Position numbers and translations under genes: made by a program
Assembly: GCA_043803685.1 (NCBI GenBank)
Contig: JAZDJU010000106.1
Location: 1-45,171, forward strand
Direction: 5' to 3'
Length of the DNA stretch: 45,171 nucleotides
Source of the DNA: Candidatus Omnitrophota bacterium
GTDB lineage: Bacteria; Omnitrophota; Omnitrophia; Omnitrophales; Aquincolibacteriaceae
Shown: positions 43,501-45,171 of the stretch, piece by piece
Layout: each line of letters starts with the position of its first letter
Position numbering within the stretch: the stretch's first letter is position 1
Notes under the pieces: generated by a model
What the model saw: only the letters and a program-made list of their open reading frames with translations
Told to the model about the DNA's origin: nothing
Database searches by the model: none

Positions 43501-45171
43501 TGGCTTGGGACGGGCCTTACCGGTGTCGCAGGCGCGGAGAATGGCGGTTACCTGACCCAGGAATGGGCCGGGATCCCGGACGACATTTCCAACGATGTTG
43601 ATTTTCTCGTCGCGGACCACAATAACGCGGCCAAGGTTTTGTGTGCCAGTGACGACAACGCCACAGGGAAGTGTTCTGAGGGAAGTCCGAACGGTTTTAT
43701 TCTGAAAGGTCAATTGAGCATTGGGTCCCCGGTGGTGACGGATAACTGGACCATCGGAGCTACGCCGAGTCCCTCCATCCGTTGGACTAAGTACGGAAGT
43801 ATCGGGGATCTCAAGAGTGAATACTCAACGACCGGGACCTTCGCGGCCGGGGATTATTCGGGCGGGAATGTATACACGATCGAGAGCGCTTATCCTGCCG
43901 GTAGCGATGGAGTCAATAATTACGCGTGGCAGGTCGGTATCATCGGCGCGAACCGAAAACTTTCGGATACGGGCAAGATCCGCCTGACGACCGTGAGCCA
44001 GCCTGTCGGCGCGGAGCTGGATATTTCAAGCGATGCCTTCAAGATCCGTCCTTCCATTGATTCGATCGATAAACCGGTGGTCGGAGGGACCCCCACCGTG
44101 TGGTACGCGACGGATACAGATGCCGGGCAAACGATCGAGTGGGTCTCCAAGAGCGGCACCAAAACGAATGAGGTCGTTCCAACCTGTATTGTGGAATATT
44201 CGACGAACGGAACGGATTACACGACGGTCCCCGGTGGCGCCAGCGTTGATTGCAGTCAGGGCGGGCACAGTCTTGCATGGACTCCCATGGCCGATCTTCG
44301 AAGCACCACGGTTCGTGTCAGGATCTCCTACAATGATTACACATCCGTGAATCTCGATACCGGATCGGGAGGCCAATTTTTCACAGTTCGTCCAAAGATC
44401 GTGGTGACGCCGACACCGGATGCCACCACGAAGCTTGTTGTGGGGACGACTTATAACAATTTGATCAAGTGGACCTATTCGGGGACGACCACGAACCGGA
44501 AAGTGGAGATCCGCTATGACAAGAACAATGAGAACACTTTCCCCGCAAACCAGACGATCGCCACCGATATCGACGCGGGTACGGGAGCGACCGGAGTCAC
44601 CTGGACCAATGTTCCGAATATCATCGGGGCGGACGTGAAGGTTCGTGTGTTCGATTTGGATTTTACGGCGTCTCAGGATGATTCGCCCCCGTTCAAGATC
44701 GTGGGAGGCATTTATTTCGCGACGCCTCAAAGCGGGGTGAACCGTACGGCGGACACCACGATGAACATCACCTGGACCTACACGGGGACGATCGCGAATT
44801 TTGACATCTATTACAGTGCCAATAGCGGCGGTGACTGGACTGTGGATCCGATCGGGAGCGCGACCGACGTGGGGAATTGCGCGGCCGGGAGCTGCAGTTT
44901 TTCATGGCTTGACACCCAAGCCGACAACATCGACGCCGTATTGAACACGGCTCGCTTCAAGATCACGAACGCCCTTGCCTCCAGCGCGCCACTTTATGCT
45001 GAAAGTGTCGCCGCATCCGATTTCAAGCGCGGCGCGTCTGTTTCGAATTTGCTTCCCGCGAACGGTCAGGTGATCTCGGCGGGATCGACGGATACGGACA
45101 TTACCTGGAACAAGCTGAAGGGTTTGTCGGCGGATACGAAGCTGAAGATCGAGTACACGAAGAACGCTTCT
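37558..45171 (+). CDS. Giant secreted surface protein with tandem Ig-like repeats, >2538 aa, 3' truncated (absent from ORF track)
   Basis: ATG 37558 after GGAGGAG overlaps the upstream TGA. Signal peptide RRVRLAALGLGIVLAFLAAIPDAEA-V. I saw no stop in this frame up to ...KIEYTKNAS. Repeats of P.GG..W.VG...I.W...G....V.I.YS.DG...W. Confidence 0.93.
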   Translation, partial: MNLRPCVKKESVFSSRRVRLAALGLGIVLAFLAAIPDAEAVQIKRVIQGSEAFLADDVSNSVTLGLGVGDYVDTSKAFIYITSSVAGTTADQNMFFYAYFEDGQNINITRATGTVVATVTWYVVEFVDGVSVQRGLTSLAKGDLTKDCILTAVDQTKSFPIIGDGGLITTTTDTEVLTVMPYFTSDTVLRLQRIRTATNAGIAKTVIIAWQVVQFETDASVATGSGTIAAAATSATATISPALSASYATQAFPLIYYSGNLGINGIDSMIMVRGRLTATNQITVNRRIGGLTNDDVYYRVYGVELTDGASTVQNSTKQLTAGTLTSTSTITSVDYANRVVPFISMSGGNGSSNNRMADDIFTRVELTNATTLTFARQAANNSIVVDLDFSAVEFCPVTIKTPNGGATQQGANAWVVGTSYQLLWKHADSVAAHNWKLQYSLNSGGAYSDMGSWCGAAGTAACSGTGNLSADSGSAVANEGSILWTIPSSTNFIGTLVRLRLIDTTLTGSGYSEARSRDSSNADFTVRGSVSAVALADTDGALSADNPLGVGNADLGVTWSHTGAIGNVIIELDPNGDGNYADVVTIKASTSGTSDACNAACTAWTVPDSVSTNAKIRVRELAPPSGTTVEAVSSAFEIRPFLAFFRPIAGDTWVRGQAQTPTATNGVVRWCQKGTVSPGVDIRYSANAGNAYSGEANKVATGLTSSGTCDASHFCADSGQTGCTGGTQYKYNWTLPGDLTLSEGNAMLKIVKTGDLAELVSHTTGLFTTKASVQLDAPIVDSSAPLRYQTGAELTTVSWTSPGGGQGVVQLRYCNGYVANGCQGNPGDSDWTLMTDPSTATNLTTPGSYNWKVQAAIGTDVGIMVADMTSPTLIYAMNGPYTVKASITVNEPGGAQTMLQVGESRTITWTPSGTIGTVYICLDKTDNGTCDYEIAGAVENVQATAGLWSDWQPPAGGATEVPNEQCTNCRIRVYKPGDGADPAGTVGKSGLFSLGRALNTVAVSGTPPRKIGDVVDVTWTAFPDDATWTVTPKWSTDGTSWNNLYSGPSTRAADGSPSSWTIPDVTTIVSSSVRVRIEDAANSSLYSDSALFQVKGKLILTQPVGSPWKIGTPHDIVWSRTGGTAIANVNIKYSLDGGISYPSQYTIKSLSGGGSPFSWCVGKNDGCSGTTPGQPANDPLLVIGANDKNTIVKIMVEDADDTKGSVGGGTYSEATADITIQKDYASVLIGNLAAGAVLYVGDTNGTDRIKWTTVGDSTSNVFLAYQTSGYTFPTNNIKDVPGASDVNAYHLWTVPDAIGAAVKVRVKNANFPDDIYADSGAFVIKGKITTAFPTTGSVLVVGQDVPGGIQYAKFGDIGNLEIIYRHGTYDTVITPPASPGPEGTSEGTTFSWNVVSTDSNSDSVIHVGLGQPTSKFILTGLTQKGDPALEATIETPLFKIRGDLYNGAASQLLSEPGGGEVYAIGGVTQRYVRWRARGIIGNVRVRLDLNDGKGDDDTANTSDDYAIQVQRPNAACGTPPCYAESVAYNLEEDTSDTDNYSMEWLIPDLSTYQARIRVESLDNPYDYNDPSNAMATYAITGRYDNQKFWIRPSVAVVSPNGAQNPQWKTGETGKSIIVSSSGAAKLDVWLCYNNATSDWPDCSTKYVITSNFQVSAGNREFSWNVPNDFSTENAIIHVQWSDQTSISGESAAIFKIKSALGVTYPNQFSDEIVVGSSDGSNDITWTAIGVGPSDTVKINVSTDGTTWNDGTPTYANLGGLIVGSASATSGVYTSWTVQDIMSDAAKIRVCKNEGAATGEACAISNVFNITGSISSVYVKNAVNDPEPPTPVVDLSIQDKTKVITWKYTGSLGTVNIDYTINASNLTPTWFPVIGCQDVSVGAGGSGSCVWDPVTGIPGPPSADVKVRVSNKQHHNPTPDSWKDLTTVGTQTHSIIGSITEVGVVPDADGSVLRVAGSKSIRWKQNGGITSFDIKYRVDGGSWLGTGLTGVAGAENGGYLTQEWAGIPDDISNDVDFLVADHNNAAKVLCASDDNATGKCSEGSPNGFILKGQLSIGSPVVTDNWTIGATPSPSIRWTKYGSIGDLKSEYSTTGTFAAGDYSGGNVYTIESAYPAGSDGVNNYAWQVGIIGANRKLSDTGKIRLTTVSQPVGAELDISSDAFKIRPSIDSIDKPVVGGTPTVWYATDTDAGQTIEWVSKSGTKTNEVVPTCIVEYSTNGTDYTTVPGGASVDCSQGGHSLAWTPMADLRSTTVRVRISYNDYTSVNLDTGSGGQFFTVRPKIVVTPTPDATTKLVVGTTYNNLIKWTYSGTTTNRKVEIRYDKNNENTFPANQTIATDIDAGTGATGVTWTNVPNIIGADVKVRVFDLDFTASQDDSPPFKIVGGIYFATPQSGVNRTADTTMNITWTYTGTIANFDIYYSANSGGDWTVDPIGSATDVGNCAAGSCSFSWLDTQADNIDAVLNTARFKITNALASSAPLYAESVAASDFKRGASVSNLLPANGQVISAGSTDTDITWNKLKGLSADTKLKIEYTKNAS

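Noticed and set aside
37564..44730. Track ORFs within 37.5-45 kb (for example 37564-38856 minus, 40084-41964 minus, 44026-44730 minus)
   Set aside because: Antisense or off-frame shadows of the giant + strand ORF from 37558; Arg/His-rich with no recognisable motifs.

Overview
Bacterial chromosomal window with no rRNA, tRNA or CRISPR array. Gene content (GspA/GspB pair, TIGR04073-like protein, Gld-like ABC system, TMTC-like TPR glycosyltransferases, giant surface protein) suggests a PVC-group organism such as Omnitrophota; this is inference only. The left two thirds hold envelope, efflux and ion-homeostasis genes: mscS, marR-tolC-RND without an adaptor gene, marC, PEGA+GT2, terC behind a c-di-AMP (ydaO-type) riboswitch, a K+-independent H+-PPase, a KUP/KimA-like APC-USP transporter, a frameshifted diadenylate cyclase, glpK/glpD and an ABC-F. 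The most striking locus is 35.1-45.2 kb. It runs: sigma70 promoter, GEMM-I cyclic-dinucleotide riboswitch with A at discriminator position 20, terminator, REP-like palindromes, then a RAYT/Y1-transposase-fold gene that has lost its catalytic His and Tyr. That gene continues in frame, through a single TAA, into a transmembrane helix and an extracytoplasmic domain. It is translationally coupled to a secreted protein and to a >2538-aa Cys-looped Ig-repeat giant protein that the ORF track omits. A 44-nt hairpin element upstream of this gene recurs 34 kb away with a compensatory base-pair change. A DPM1-like GT2 and two TMTC-like glycosyltransferases lie immediately next to the locus.
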